Source: a virus
Lineage: Duplodnaviria > Caudoviricetes
Direction: 5' to 3' (one strand)
Length of the DNA: 64,000 nt
IMG/VR virus record: IMGVR_UViG_3300035208_004206
Location: 8,727 to 72,726 of that record
Positions 37,265 to 46,549 of the stretch are shown here, in pieces (positions within the stretch are counted from its first letter, which is position 1; every line of letters starts with the position of its first letter). The notes beneath the pieces were generated by a model, which saw nothing but the letters and a program-made list of their open reading frames with translations, was not told the DNA's origin and did not search any database. Both the position numbers and the translations under genes were made by a program.

Positions 37265-37921
37265 ATGAGAGCATCAACCCTCATGACCCTTCTCTTCGCG
37301 GTGACAACCATTGTTGTTTTTGCGAAAATTGATTTGAAGAGCGACACTGAACCTCCGGGTATTCGAGTAGGACAAGAAGTGTGTGAAGCGTTCCCCTGGG
37401 ATCCTAGGTTCCTCCCTGTCAGTCAAAATGTTGTAAGGGTACACCAACCACCTATCAAACTGCACGAGGACGTCCAGGTTCCCCGAGCAGATGTTCCCAG
37501 CGGTAGAGGAATGCCGTTCTATGGTGAAGCAAGAGACACAGCCGATACCATCAGAACATATTTCCTTCAAACCGAGTATGCCCCGGTCGCGGACTACATT
37601 GTTGCAATATCAATACAGGAAACTGGGTGGTGGAGATCAAAGTTCCATCAAGAGAGGCAGAACTACTTCAGCACGAAGATGAAACCCGACGGGGTGAACT
37701 GTATAAATGGAGAACGAAACTGTTTGACGACACATGCAAATGTTTTTGAATCGTGCGCATATGTTCTTAAGGGCGTGTTCAGAAAACGCCACTATGCAAA
37801 AGACCCCGAAGGATTTCTCAATGACCTTGGAAGAAAAGGATATGCAAGAGATGTGACCCACGCTGATAATGTTCGAGACATTGCAAAGCGAGTTACCGCG
37901 ACCTTCAGAAAAAGACCGTAA
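37265..37921 (+). CDS. GH73/glucosaminidase-like cell-wall hydrolase with N-terminal membrane segment
   Basis: AISIQETGW, NYF, KGYARD; TAAATA at 37225. Confidence 0.75.
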   Translation: MRASTLMTLLFAVTTIVVFAKIDLKSDTEPPGIRVGQEVCEAFPWDPRFLPVSQNVVRVHQPPIKLHEDVQVPRADVPSGRGMPFYGEARDTADTIRTYFLQTEYAPVADYIVAISIQETGWWRSKFHQERQNYFSTKMKPDGVNCINGERNCLTTHANVFESCAYVLKGVFRKRHYAKDPEGFLNDLGRKGYARDVTHADNVRDIAKRVTATFRKRP

Positions 37922-37924
37922 AAT
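37898..37924 (+). promoter_or_regulatory. Putative middle-class promoter GCG-N18-TAAAAT
   Basis: The predicted +1 (~37931) coincides with the first base of the structured element. Confidence 0.6.
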
Positions 37925-37930
37925 ATTTTG

Positions 37931-38167
37931 AGTGTTTGGTGGGGTGTCGTTTAACGACGCCGTGATCATACACTTTTGCAGCAAGCGGTCAGCCTGATCA
38001 GCTGACGCACGTTTGTTGCATGTTTGGGTGGTGGCGGGAGCATGCACACCGCAGTCGATGGTGCAGACTGAGGATGGCGTTAAAGCCTGTGAGGACCCTC
38101 AGACATCCTGCGCGAACATCGATGCTGTTTACCGACGGCAGTCAGACATTGAGCTGACCACCACCCA
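37931..38167 (+). ncRNA. Candidate ~240-nt multi-domain non-coding RNA
   Basis: Hairpin 37931-37974; hairpin 37977-38020; domain closed by TGGGTGGTGG 38025-34 / CCACCACCCA 38158-67 with at least 4 internal stems; several G-U pairs. Confidence 0.65.
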
Positions 38168-38225
38168 TTCATTTTATCCACAAAATCTAACAGTAAATAC
38201 TCACAACGAGTTGTGAGGTGTTCTC

Positions 38226-38815
38226 ATGCGGTTTGACCGGATGTTTTTCGAAGCAAGGATCGACCCAGAAGAAAAGAAAAGATTGCTGGATGAGATTGTG
38301 TTCCTTGATAAAACACAGACCCTTCTGTTTTCGAAAATATCTGCAACAAAGCAAAACGTGAATTCAAAGGTTTGATCTATCCAGACGGCAAGGTTGCAGT
38401 GTGGAATAAATCTGGGTGGTCAGGCGAGTTACATTGGGAGCATGTTGCTGTTTCTGAACGTATTCATGCTGCAGGGGTCGAGAAAGTAAAACCGCTTGCT
38501 GCGATCTATATCAATGTATCAGATTATGAAGATCCTTTTGTGACATTTTCATCTTCAAACAATTCTTATTTTTATCCGAAGTATCTTAGACACCATGGCG
38601 ATAACAATGTATCAAGAAAACAAAGTGATATTATGTTCAACGCTCTCCCAACTGTTGATAGGATCATATATGACAATAGAGAAGTTTCACGTAATGAGTG
38701 GGAAGATGAAAATGTAAGTAGCAATCAATTAGATATACCATTTGAAAATAACAAGACAAAGATATACAGTCGAACACCGTCTGGACCACAAACAGCAAAT
38801 ATGGAGCAAGGGTGA
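38226..38815 (+). pseudogene. MxFxR-leader family member interrupted by a -1 frameshift (or an assembly error)
   Basis: Leader MRFDRMFFE is in one frame; the family core KGLIYPDGKVAVW...EH is in the -1 frame; frames join at the A4 run 38310-38313. Confidence 0.7.
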
Positions 38816-39327
38816 AGTTCTCTCGACAACTAACAGAAGCAGTCTTAGTCGGGAAAGCTGGCTGGGGTAGAAACAAAGATATTCCGATCTATCAGATGGA
38901 TCTTGCAGAAGTAAAAGAACGGTCGGAACGTATTCCAACTGGTGATTATATCAAGGGTATTGCTTTACACAACGGAGAATTTCTTGTGTTTGGTGAGATG
39001 AACCTTGAGCATGAAACAGTGGCTGGCACAATAGAATATGATGGGAAGTTTGCTTTCTATCTGTTTAGAAGGATTGCGTGCGGAGCAGAATGGATCATAT
39101 CAGTTGACACCCCATCAAATAGATTAGCAGAATGGAATGTTGTTGACCCCTTGCCAGATGACCACTGGTCTTTTGGTTTTGAGCGAATGATAATAAAGAC
39201 TTTCCCTTTTGCAGAGTGGATTGAATTCAATAGTATGCTTGTAAGGGTGAATCCGAAACGCCGTCTTGAACATGGTGATTTTACAGCATCAACAAAGGAT
39301 TATGAAAAACTCATGGGGCAAGGATGA
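38812..39327 (+). CDS. MxFxR-leader paralog family member
   Basis: MKFSRQLTE; KGIALHNGEFLVF...EH; FAFY; FPFAEW. Confidence 0.8.
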   Translation: MKFSRQLTEAVLVGKAGWGRNKDIPIYQMDLAEVKERSERIPTGDYIKGIALHNGEFLVFGEMNLEHETVAGTIEYDGKFAFYLFRRIACGAEWIISVDTPSNRLAEWNVVDPLPDDHWSFGFERMIIKTFPFAEWIEFNSMLVRVNPKRRLEHGDFTASTKDYEKLMGQG

Positions 39328-39375
39328 TATTCGAAAGTTCAGAACAGATCAAATAATCTAACCTTCTGTTTCCTC

Positions 39376-39381
39376 TAAATA
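39376..39381 (+). promoter_or_regulatory. Late promoter element TAAATA
   Basis: Heads the tightly coupled 39409-48241 gene run. Confidence 0.65.
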
Positions 39382-39408
39382 TCTGCAGTAGTATTCTAGG
39401 AGAATATC

Positions 39409-41532
39409 GTGGCAGACCCAACCCAATCGAAACAACTTGCTGAGTTCATAAAACAACACTATGCGAAATCCTATAATCGCAAGGCATTAGAAAAGGTTCT
39501 CGACAAGTCACTCGAGAAGAAGCAGACACAGTTTGAGAAAGCTTTTGCTGCTGAGCTTGAGAAAGCATCGAAGCGATCCGACTCCTTCAATTCCTTTGCT
39601 CAGGCAATGGAACAGTCTAATCGAAAGGTCATTGAGCAGATCAGACTGACCAGAGGGTCTCTTGCAGCAAGAGCAGAGAAAGAGCGTCAACGTGGTCTCA
39701 TCATGTTCAAGAAAGATCTGGTCGACCTGCAGTCAAAGACCAAAGGGATGGATCCTACAAAGGCAGCAAAGGAAGTACGGGATTACATTGCCAAGCAGAC
39801 TGCAGCAACAGAAGCATTCGAAGAGCATCTTGCTGAGAAGCGGCGGGATATAGAGAAAGTCGGTGAGTATCTGGCAAAACCTGCGACCGCGCTGAAGGAT
39901 GCTGCCGCAGCAATGATCCGTCGTGGAGAAGAGAAAGGTTCCGTGATCATGCGGAGACTGGGTGGAGCACTCAGCTTTGCAATGGACCCAACAAAGTTCG
40001 CCAAGGAGTGGGCAGGAAAGAAAGGGAAGCAGTTCGCCTTTGCCGCTCTCATGAAGACCTCGAGCAAGTTCAGAGCAAGGATCGCAAAGAAAGAACTTGA
40101 ACGGAAACTGCGTGACCCTGCCTTCATGCTCAAGGTGACGTCACAAGTTATACGCGAGGTTCGTGACAACAAGGAAAAGCAAACAGACGCGATGGCATCG
40201 TTGACCAAAGCAACCCTTGCTGCATTTGATGGGTTGAAGAATGCACAGAAAGCATCGTCTGATATGCAAGAAGTTGATGCTACAATGAGAGAGGAACACT
40301 CTGAGACCTTGAAAGCTCTGCTTGAGATGTTGTCTGAAGAAAACAAAGACGAGAAAAAGAAAGACGCTGAACTTGAAAAGGAAGAGAGTGGTTTTGTCGC
40401 GTCGATGGAAAACACGATCAATGACAAGATGAGCTTCTTCACCAACCACCTCCTTGCCAGTCTTGCAGAAAAGCTTGGGATCAACGCACTTAAAGGAATA
40501 GTTCGCGGATTGCCAAAGCTCATTTCAGGGGCAGTGACGACAGCATTGATGAACCCTGCTGTTCTTGTTGCTCTTGCTGCTGCAACACTTGTCTATCTTA
40601 GAAACGCAGGGGAAGAAGAAAGGAAGAAGAAAATAGAAGAAGATCGTGTTGCTGCCGAAGATAGGGCTAAAGCACAAGCAGATGAAATAGTTGGAAAGGG
40701 TTCTGCAGATGAGGCAGTACAAATTCTAAAAGATGAAGCAGATAAGAAAACGGCTGAAACAAAAAGTTCAACAGATGCTACAAGAAAAGAATTTGAAAAC
40801 ACTGTTAAAGATGATGGTGTAGCAAAATCTTTTATGACCGGTCTTGGAAAATTTGTTGTCGGTATAATTGAAGAATCTCAATTAAATGCTGCCGGTGAAG
40901 ATATGAGAACGCTGGTTGAAAATACTGCCGCGTTGAAAGCCGCATTGCTTGATACTGTTAATTACCTCAATAAAAATAAAGAAGAACAAAATAATATTAA
41001 AAAATTTGGAATGCAGGGGTTTGGTGCAAAATCTTATCGTGCGCCAAGAGATGAAGATATTAAAAAATTCCATGGCGATCTTTCACACGAAGATATTAAA
41101 AATATAAAAGATGAATATATAGACATAGTAAAAATTCTTTCTCATAATGCTGAGATTCTTAATCTATTGGAAACTGCAACAAAAGATAAAAAAAATATTG
41201 ACATAAACAAAGTAATGAAAGAAATAGCAGAAGCAAACATCAAACACATAAAAGAAACAACAAAACCTTTTACAACAGGTGAAATATCTAATATTTTGGT
41301 TGATCAGATTAAAGAACAACTTTTACCACAGGTTGAACCAACGAAAGAATATACTGTCCCAACGGTTTCCGCCCCCGCCTTATCATACGTTTCCCCCGGT
41401 GTTAAAGAGATACTTATTAAAAAAGAAACTGAAGCTCTTAATGTAGATAAACTTAGCAACAAACTAAACATACTAAACAAAACCATGAAAGCTCTTCCGA
41501 AAAAAACTCAGCAAATCGGAGTACAAAAATAA
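39409..41532 (+). CDS. Long helical tail protein, tape-measure/baseplate-hub (gp29)-like
   Basis: 707 aa, Ala/Lys/Glu-rich helical; central hydrophobic segment; late promoter. Confidence 0.6.
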   Translation: MADPTQSKQLAEFIKQHYAKSYNRKALEKVLDKSLEKKQTQFEKAFAAELEKASKRSDSFNSFAQAMEQSNRKVIEQIRLTRGSLAARAEKERQRGLIMFKKDLVDLQSKTKGMDPTKAAKEVRDYIAKQTAATEAFEEHLAEKRRDIEKVGEYLAKPATALKDAAAAMIRRGEEKGSVIMRRLGGALSFAMDPTKFAKEWAGKKGKQFAFAALMKTSSKFRARIAKKELERKLRDPAFMLKVTSQVIREVRDNKEKQTDAMASLTKATLAAFDGLKNAQKASSDMQEVDATMREEHSETLKALLEMLSEENKDEKKKDAELEKEESGFVASMENTINDKMSFFTNHLLASLAEKLGINALKGIVRGLPKLISGAVTTALMNPAVLVALAAATLVYLRNAGEEERKKKIEEDRVAAEDRAKAQADEIVGKGSADEAVQILKDEADKKTAETKSSTDATRKEFENTVKDDGVAKSFMTGLGKFVVGIIEESQLNAAGEDMRTLVENTAALKAALLDTVNYLNKNKEEQNNIKKFGMQGFGAKSYRAPRDEDIKKFHGDLSHEDIKNIKDEYIDIVKILSHNAEILNLLETATKDKKNIDINKVMKEIAEANIKHIKETTKPFTTGEISNILVDQIKEQLLPQVEPTKEYTVPTVSAPALSYVSPGVKEILIKKETEALNVDKLSNKLNILNKTMKALPKKTQQIGVQK

Positions 41533-43536
41533 ATGACTCCTCAAATAGATTACGATAAGCTGAAGAGGGAACTGCTTCAAGCGGTCTCTGATTCAGTTGC
41601 TGCTTTTGCCCAGGCAGTATCGAAGACCGGTGGGAAGGATGATGCTTTTGAAAAGCTTGCGTTGTTCCTTGGAGAGAAAGCACAAGCTGGTCTGCTAGAA
41701 GCCTTTGCAGGTAAGAACAGTATTGACGAGTTAGTCAAAGCTCAGCGATCGATCGGTGCAAGGATTCTCACAACAGTCAAAGAAAACTCTGGTGAGATCG
41801 AGAAGGTCTTTGGCCCAGAGATGGCGAAGACTGCAACGAAGGTTGCTGAACAGTGGGCGATAGAACGGAAGGCAACATCTAAAGCATCTGTTGCCGGTTT
41901 GGGGAAAGTCACCTCAGCTGTTGCCAAACAGGTTGAAGCTGGCAGACGTATGGTTGACGGTGCAAACGCCAGAGCAACCGAACGAAGTGAAGAGGTCGCT
42001 GAGAGTATGATGGCTCTCATGGGATCTGGTCGAGACCGTGCTGCCAAGGAAAATTCCTCTGCTGTCAAAGCCCTGACAGATATTTCAGAACGGTTCGACA
42101 AAGAACGAGCAGATCAAACAGTGAAGTCTGTTGAGCTGGTGAAGAAATCGATCGAAGCGGTTGGAGAGGGTGGGAAGGTCGGGGAAGAGATGGCAGCAAC
42201 AGCAAGAAGTGAATCGCTTGCTGCTGCAGAAGATCTCATGCCAGAGACCGTTGATCCTTCATTGTTGCCAAAAGAAATAGAACATCTTGTTAATGATAAA
42301 CCATCCAAAGCAACTAAGGTCACCATCACTTCAATAACGGCCAATGATCCCGCTGAACAATATGCCGCCGATCAATGGTTGGCAGAACAGAATCAAGAGA
42401 GTCAAGAACAGCATGGTCTGTCAGAAGATATTATTGATGAGTTAGATGAACGAGGTAGTGTCAGGAAGAAAAAGAGAACTGCTGCAACCCGAAAGAGTAA
42501 GGGTTGGTTATCGAAGGTCCTCATTGGTCTTGGTACTGGAATTGCGGGTGGTGGGCTGTTTGCTCTCAGTAAATTCATGGAAGAAGAACCAGAAGGATTC
42601 ACAGAAGACCAGGTTGCTCGACTGATAGAAGCTGGTTATACAAAAGAACAACTTACTCAAGTCAGTAAAACTGGTCTTGCACAGATGCCAGTCAATGCTC
42701 CGAGAGGTGATAAAGGTCTTTCCTCCGAAGAAATGAATAAACGCAGGCTGATGGATCTTCGAGAAGCTGCCAAGAAGTACGGGGTTATCATTAAAACGAA
42801 AATAGAAAATATGCCAGTTTATATAAACCGTGAACTGGCAGAATCACCAGAGGGTGAAAAGTATATCAGATCTCTTGAGGGAGAAATAATAACTGAAACT
42901 ATTTTTAGACATAATGAGGATTCTATACACTGGCACGGTCTTAAAGCCGATATACGAATATGGAAAAAGTCTGCGGAAGAGATCGTTGAGAAAATGAGAA
43001 AATTAAAAGAGGCTGATATTGGAGCAATATATGAATACAATAAAAACAATTTTAATGCAGGTAAAGCTATTTCAGATAGAGGGTTTGTTACTGGGTTGAG
43101 TGATCAAGAGTCAAAAGATCTTACTGTTTATAACCACGTGACCGCCCTTAGAAAAGCTGGTTTTACTGAAGGAGGGAAAGGGAATATTCAAGCGACCGGC
43201 GAGGTAGCACACATCGATATAGACGCAACCAAAACTTTTACATTTAAGGTAAAAGAGTGGGGGCGAAAACTCATAGCTAAACTGCGGAATAAAACCAAGG
43301 ACGTTTCAGCTTCACCAACCGTAGAGTCTTCTCCAATGCGGAAAAAATCAGAAGGAATGGATGCTCAACTACCACAAGGAAAGGAACAGAAAACACAACC
43401 ATCTGTTCCAGGAAAACAAGCCAACGCGACAATAAATACAAGCACGAGCAGTGTTGTTAGCCCGCACCAAAAGGTGTTTGATGATGCAGCAGATACACTG
43501 GATGAAGTAAACAAATATTTGCAGAGGTTAACATGA
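41533..43536 (+). CDS. Second tape-measure/hub-like protein with possible peptidase M15-like domain
   Basis: Helical N-half; hydrophobic GLGTGIAGGGLFAL; SIHWHGLKAD and AHIDID motifs. Confidence 0.55.
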   Translation: MTPQIDYDKLKRELLQAVSDSVAAFAQAVSKTGGKDDAFEKLALFLGEKAQAGLLEAFAGKNSIDELVKAQRSIGARILTTVKENSGEIEKVFGPEMAKTATKVAEQWAIERKATSKASVAGLGKVTSAVAKQVEAGRRMVDGANARATERSEEVAESMMALMGSGRDRAAKENSSAVKALTDISERFDKERADQTVKSVELVKKSIEAVGEGGKVGEEMAATARSESLAAAEDLMPETVDPSLLPKEIEHLVNDKPSKATKVTITSITANDPAEQYAADQWLAEQNQESQEQHGLSEDIIDELDERGSVRKKKRTAATRKSKGWLSKVLIGLGTGIAGGGLFALSKFMEEEPEGFTEDQVARLIEAGYTKEQLTQVSKTGLAQMPVNAPRGDKGLSSEEMNKRRLMDLREAAKKYGVIIKTKIENMPVYINRELAESPEGEKYIRSLEGEIITETIFRHNEDSIHWHGLKADIRIWKKSAEEIVEKMRKLKEADIGAIYEYNKNNFNAGKAISDRGFVTGLSDQESKDLTVYNHVTALRKAGFTEGGKGNIQATGEVAHIDIDATKTFTFKVKEWGRKLIAKLRNKTKDVSASPTVESSPMRKKSEGMDAQLPQGKEQKTQPSVPGKQANATINTSTSSVVSPHQKVFDDAADTLDEVNKYLQRLT

Positions 43537-43877
43537 TCTCACAAATGATCGAACAACACCTGACGTTTCAAGCGATCTTGATGGCGATCATCGTTAATCT
43601 TGCCGTTGAGTTCATCAAAGACTGCGTTGACCACTACGCCAAGGGAAAGAAGATACCTCTGAGGAAGCAGGGTCTCTTTGCCTCAACGTTTGTGATGGGG
43701 GCAGGGTTAGCATGGGTCGGGTGTTATGTGAAGCTCCTGGATTGTTCTAGTGACCCGATCTTTGTGGTCGGTGCATGGTATGGTGTTCTTGCTGTTCTGA
43801 TGTATGCGATCGGTCTGAAAGAGATCTTGACCGCGGTGAAGGGGATCATCAAGAAATGGCTTGGAGGAGAGAAATGA
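43533..43877 (+). CDS. Holin-like membrane protein
   Basis: 114 aa; three hydrophobic helices; basic C-terminus. Confidence 0.5.
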   Translation: MISQMIEQHLTFQAILMAIIVNLAVEFIKDCVDHYAKGKKIPLRKQGLFASTFVMGAGLAWVGCYVKLLDCSSDPIFVVGAWYGVLAVLMYAIGLKEILTAVKGIIKKWLGGEK

Positions 43878-44401
43878 AATTCACTAGGAATCTTTCAGAA
43901 AAGATAGGGGGAATCGTGTTGAACGATTTTGAAAAAGAGTTTGACATTTATCTTAACCCAACAGAAAAAGAGTTTGTAAAATTGTTTAATATAGTATCAC
44001 AAGTAAAAGGAACCCTTACAACGAAAGGAGATCTTATTGTATGGATACATAAAGAATATCCTAAGGGGCTTGAACATGGTAATGTTAGACGTGACCCATT
44101 GTTTGCAAAGTATATGAAAGATGCTCTTTACAATTTCTATCTGTTTCGCGACGGGGCAAGACCATATAAAGGTGGGTATGGTAGAATTGTAGAGTGGAGC
44201 CTGTCTGATGAACAGTGGAAAGGGTTGTCTAAGTTTTACAAACCCGAAGTGTTGAAAGGCTTGAAAGCTCGTATCCCTGATCTTAAGTGGGCAGTGTTTG
44301 GTGACTATATTGTTAATGTAGAAACAGATAAAAAGTACGCGAACTATAACATATACAATGCAGCAAGAATGATTTCACATCTGGCACGGAAAAAGAAATG
44401 A
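43874..44401 (+). CDS. MxFxR-leader family, tandem member 1
   Basis: MKFTRNLSE; NPTEKE; KGTLTTKGDLIVW...EH; YNFY; IPDLKW. Confidence 0.85.
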   Translation: MKFTRNLSEKIGGIVLNDFEKEFDIYLNPTEKEFVKLFNIVSQVKGTLTTKGDLIVWIHKEYPKGLEHGNVRRDPLFAKYMKDALYNFYLFRDGARPYKGGYGRIVEWSLSDEQWKGLSKFYKPEVLKGLKARIPDLKWAVFGDYIVNVETDKKYANYNIYNAARMISHLARKKK

Positions 44402-44892
44402 CAACTTTTCTCCGAGAAAACATATCCCCAATCATAGAAGTCACCAATAAACTTGAAGCTGCAAACATCTTTGCTCAAGATAAGGTTGGAGCAAAAGGTC
44501 TTGTCTATCCAGATGGTAAAGTATTCTTGTGGCCAATGTACCCAGTGGGTGGAACAATAGAACATGAGGATGCTGCATATCAAATACAATATTCGAAAAT
44601 GCACAAGAACAAACCCATCTTTTCTTTCTACTGGTGGAAGAGATACGCAGGGATAACAGAAAATGTTATCACAGAATCGGTTTCAAACACGACAGGATTT
44701 TACCCAAAGTTCTTGGCAAAGCATGATGATGGAAAGTACACAACAAGGAAAGCGACACCACTGTTAGAGTGGATCCCATGTGATTGGATTTGTTTTGTTG
44801 ATGCTTTCATAGATTGCAAAACAAAAAAGGTTACAATGACCAACACCCCGATGGGTGATCTTCGTTGGATAACTAAAAAAATACAGGGGTAG
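44398..44892 (+). CDS. MxFxR-leader family, tandem member 2
   Basis: MTTFLRE; KGLVYPDGKVFLW...EH; FSFY; IPCDW...DAFID. Confidence 0.85.
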   Translation: MTTFLRENISPIIEVTNKLEAANIFAQDKVGAKGLVYPDGKVFLWPMYPVGGTIEHEDAAYQIQYSKMHKNKPIFSFYWWKRYAGITENVITESVSNTTGFYPKFLAKHDDGKYTTRKATPLLEWIPCDWICFVDAFIDCKTKKVTMTNTPMGDLRWITKKIQG

Positions 44893-44896
44893 AAAC

Positions 44897-45445
44897 ATGA
44901 CAACGTTCAATCGGTTGATTCAAGAGAAGTTGCTCACAGACTACAAAGGAGAGGAGTTCTATATTGGGTCCTCTGGTGGTGGTCTTGAGAAACTAATGAA
45001 TGCTTCACCTTCTGGTGTGCTCAAGGGTTCGGTCCTTGTGACAGGCGATCTGATCGTCTGGATTGAGATGGGGCACTCTGAAGCGTACAAGCTTGTGCCA
45101 GAGATGAAACCTTTTGCAACCAAAGCACTCTACAACTTCTACTTGAATAAAGACTTTGACCCGATGAGCACAGGTAAAACGATCGCTACCAATGTTGTGG
45201 AGTCGAGTGCTTCTAACGACAAGAGCTTCTCATCCGAACAGAAGAAACTGTTTCCGAAAGCCAGTGGCAAGTACAGCGCAAGCGTGGTCGATACCATTCA
45301 GCTCAAGATCCCATTTGCAGAATGGATCCTGTTCGATGACGCGATCGTTGATGCGCAGTCTGGCGAGATCGTCAAGAAGTTCAGCAATGTGAAGGGTGGG
45401 ATGTGGTTGAAGGCGGTGTCAAACTTCTTCAGAGAAAAGAAATGA
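44897..45445 (+). CDS. MxFxR-leader family, tandem member 3
   Basis: MTTFNRLIQE; KGSVLVTGDLIVW...GH; YNFY; IPFAEW...DAIVD. Confidence 0.85.
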   Translation: MTTFNRLIQEKLLTDYKGEEFYIGSSGGGLEKLMNASPSGVLKGSVLVTGDLIVWIEMGHSEAYKLVPEMKPFATKALYNFYLNKDFDPMSTGKTIATNVVESSASNDKSFSSEQKKLFPKASGKYSASVVDTIQLKIPFAEWILFDDAIVDAQSGEIVKKFSNVKGGMWLKAVSNFFREKK

Positions 45446-45993
45446 TCTTCACCCGCAATATCCACGAATCAAAAATTTTATATGGCAATACTGATTTCCC
45501 AGTTTATAAAAACCCAACCAAAGAAGAGATGCAAGCAGTTTTCAATGCTACAGCCGGTGAAGCAAAAGGACTCATGCTTCGTAATGGTGGTGATGTCTAT
45601 GTGTGGCCAAGCTTATATAACACTTCAGAACATTCTGAAGTGTTTAACGAGTTGAATATTAAAGAACAAGACGTCTGGATAACATTCTATATGTGGATGA
45701 ATCCTTCTGCTTTCTTTAGACTGTATCGTGGCGATAGTATTGATGTGTCCGCTGACTTTGATGTTTTTATTAAAACCAGCGTGTCATCAAATGTAAGATT
45801 TGGTTTGTTCTCTCGCGTTGTTGACAAGTGGTCTACACAGCTTGGTGCAAAGCTGAGGAATATTCCAGGGGCACATTGGATTACTCTTCCCGCTAGGTTG
45901 TATGATCTTGATACGCTTCAGCAAGTGAAAGTCGGTAACACATACGAGGCAATGAAGACGGTACTGTTGGGAGAGTACAAAGATGATATTTGA
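45442..45993 (+). CDS. MxFxR-leader family, tandem member 4
   Basis: MIFTRNIHE; NPTKEE; KGLMLRNGGDVYVW...EH; ITFY; IPGAHW. Confidence 0.85.
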   Translation: MIFTRNIHESKILYGNTDFPVYKNPTKEEMQAVFNATAGEAKGLMLRNGGDVYVWPSLYNTSEHSEVFNELNIKEQDVWITFYMWMNPSAFFRLYRGDSIDVSADFDVFIKTSVSSNVRFGLFSRVVDKWSTQLGAKLRNIPGAHWITLPARLYDLDTLQQVKVGNTYEAMKTVLLGEYKDDI

Positions 45994-46549
45994 GAGAACC
46001 CTCAGCGAGTCCACTGTTGTTGGGAAGATGCCGAACGGCGGGGATATATGGAAAGTTAATACTGACGAAGCTAAAGCACTACTTGTTACAGAAACCAGAA
46101 TCAAGGGGATGGTACTCAGACCCGGTGAAGGGTGGGGAATGTCTGGTCTGCCTAGGATATATGTATGGGGTGTTGGGGAACATACCGCCGGTATGGCTGA
46201 ACTTATTAAAAAGAAAGCCGCAGGATTTAATATCGAAGATGTTTCCTTCACCTTTTATGCGTATGATAAAAAGGCTGGAGGTAAAAACATTATAGATCTT
46301 GCCACCCCATCAAACAATCTCAACTGGTGGTTGGGTAAAGACTTTGAAGGAATGCACGATCTGGCGACTGAATGGTATCGTGCAGAGGTTGTAGAAGAAG
46401 TGAAGAACGTTTTCCCTTGGGCAGAGTGGTTGTTCTTCAGCAATGCGATCGTCGATCTTACAAACGGGAACGTTGCGAAAGAACAGAATGCTTCGTCTGA
46501 GTGGATCGCAAAAGGTTTAATCAAAGAACTGAAAGGGTTGAGAAAATGA
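45983..46549 (+). CDS. MxFxR-leader family, tandem member 5
   Basis: MIFERTLSE; KGMVL...IYVW...EH; FTFY; IDLATPSN; FPWAEW...NAIVD. Confidence 0.85.
   Translation: MIFERTLSESTVVGKMPNGGDIWKVNTDEAKALLVTETRIKGMVLRPGEGWGMSGLPRIYVWGVGEHTAGMAELIKKKAAGFNIEDVSFTFYAYDKKAGGKNIIDLATPSNNLNWWLGKDFEGMHDLATEWYRAEVVEEVKNVFPWAEWLFFSNAIVDLTNGNVAKEQNASSEWIAKGLIKELKGLRK

Noticed and set aside
38025-38167. Group I intron core (GCGGGA, CCGCAG, CAGACTG/CAGTC)
   Set aside because: No P3 partner or proper J8/7, no interrupted gene, and too short; kept only as an unassigned RNA.
38013-38216. 67-aa ORF from the track
   Set aside because: TTG start without an RBS; overlaps a densely paired region that is better explained as RNA.
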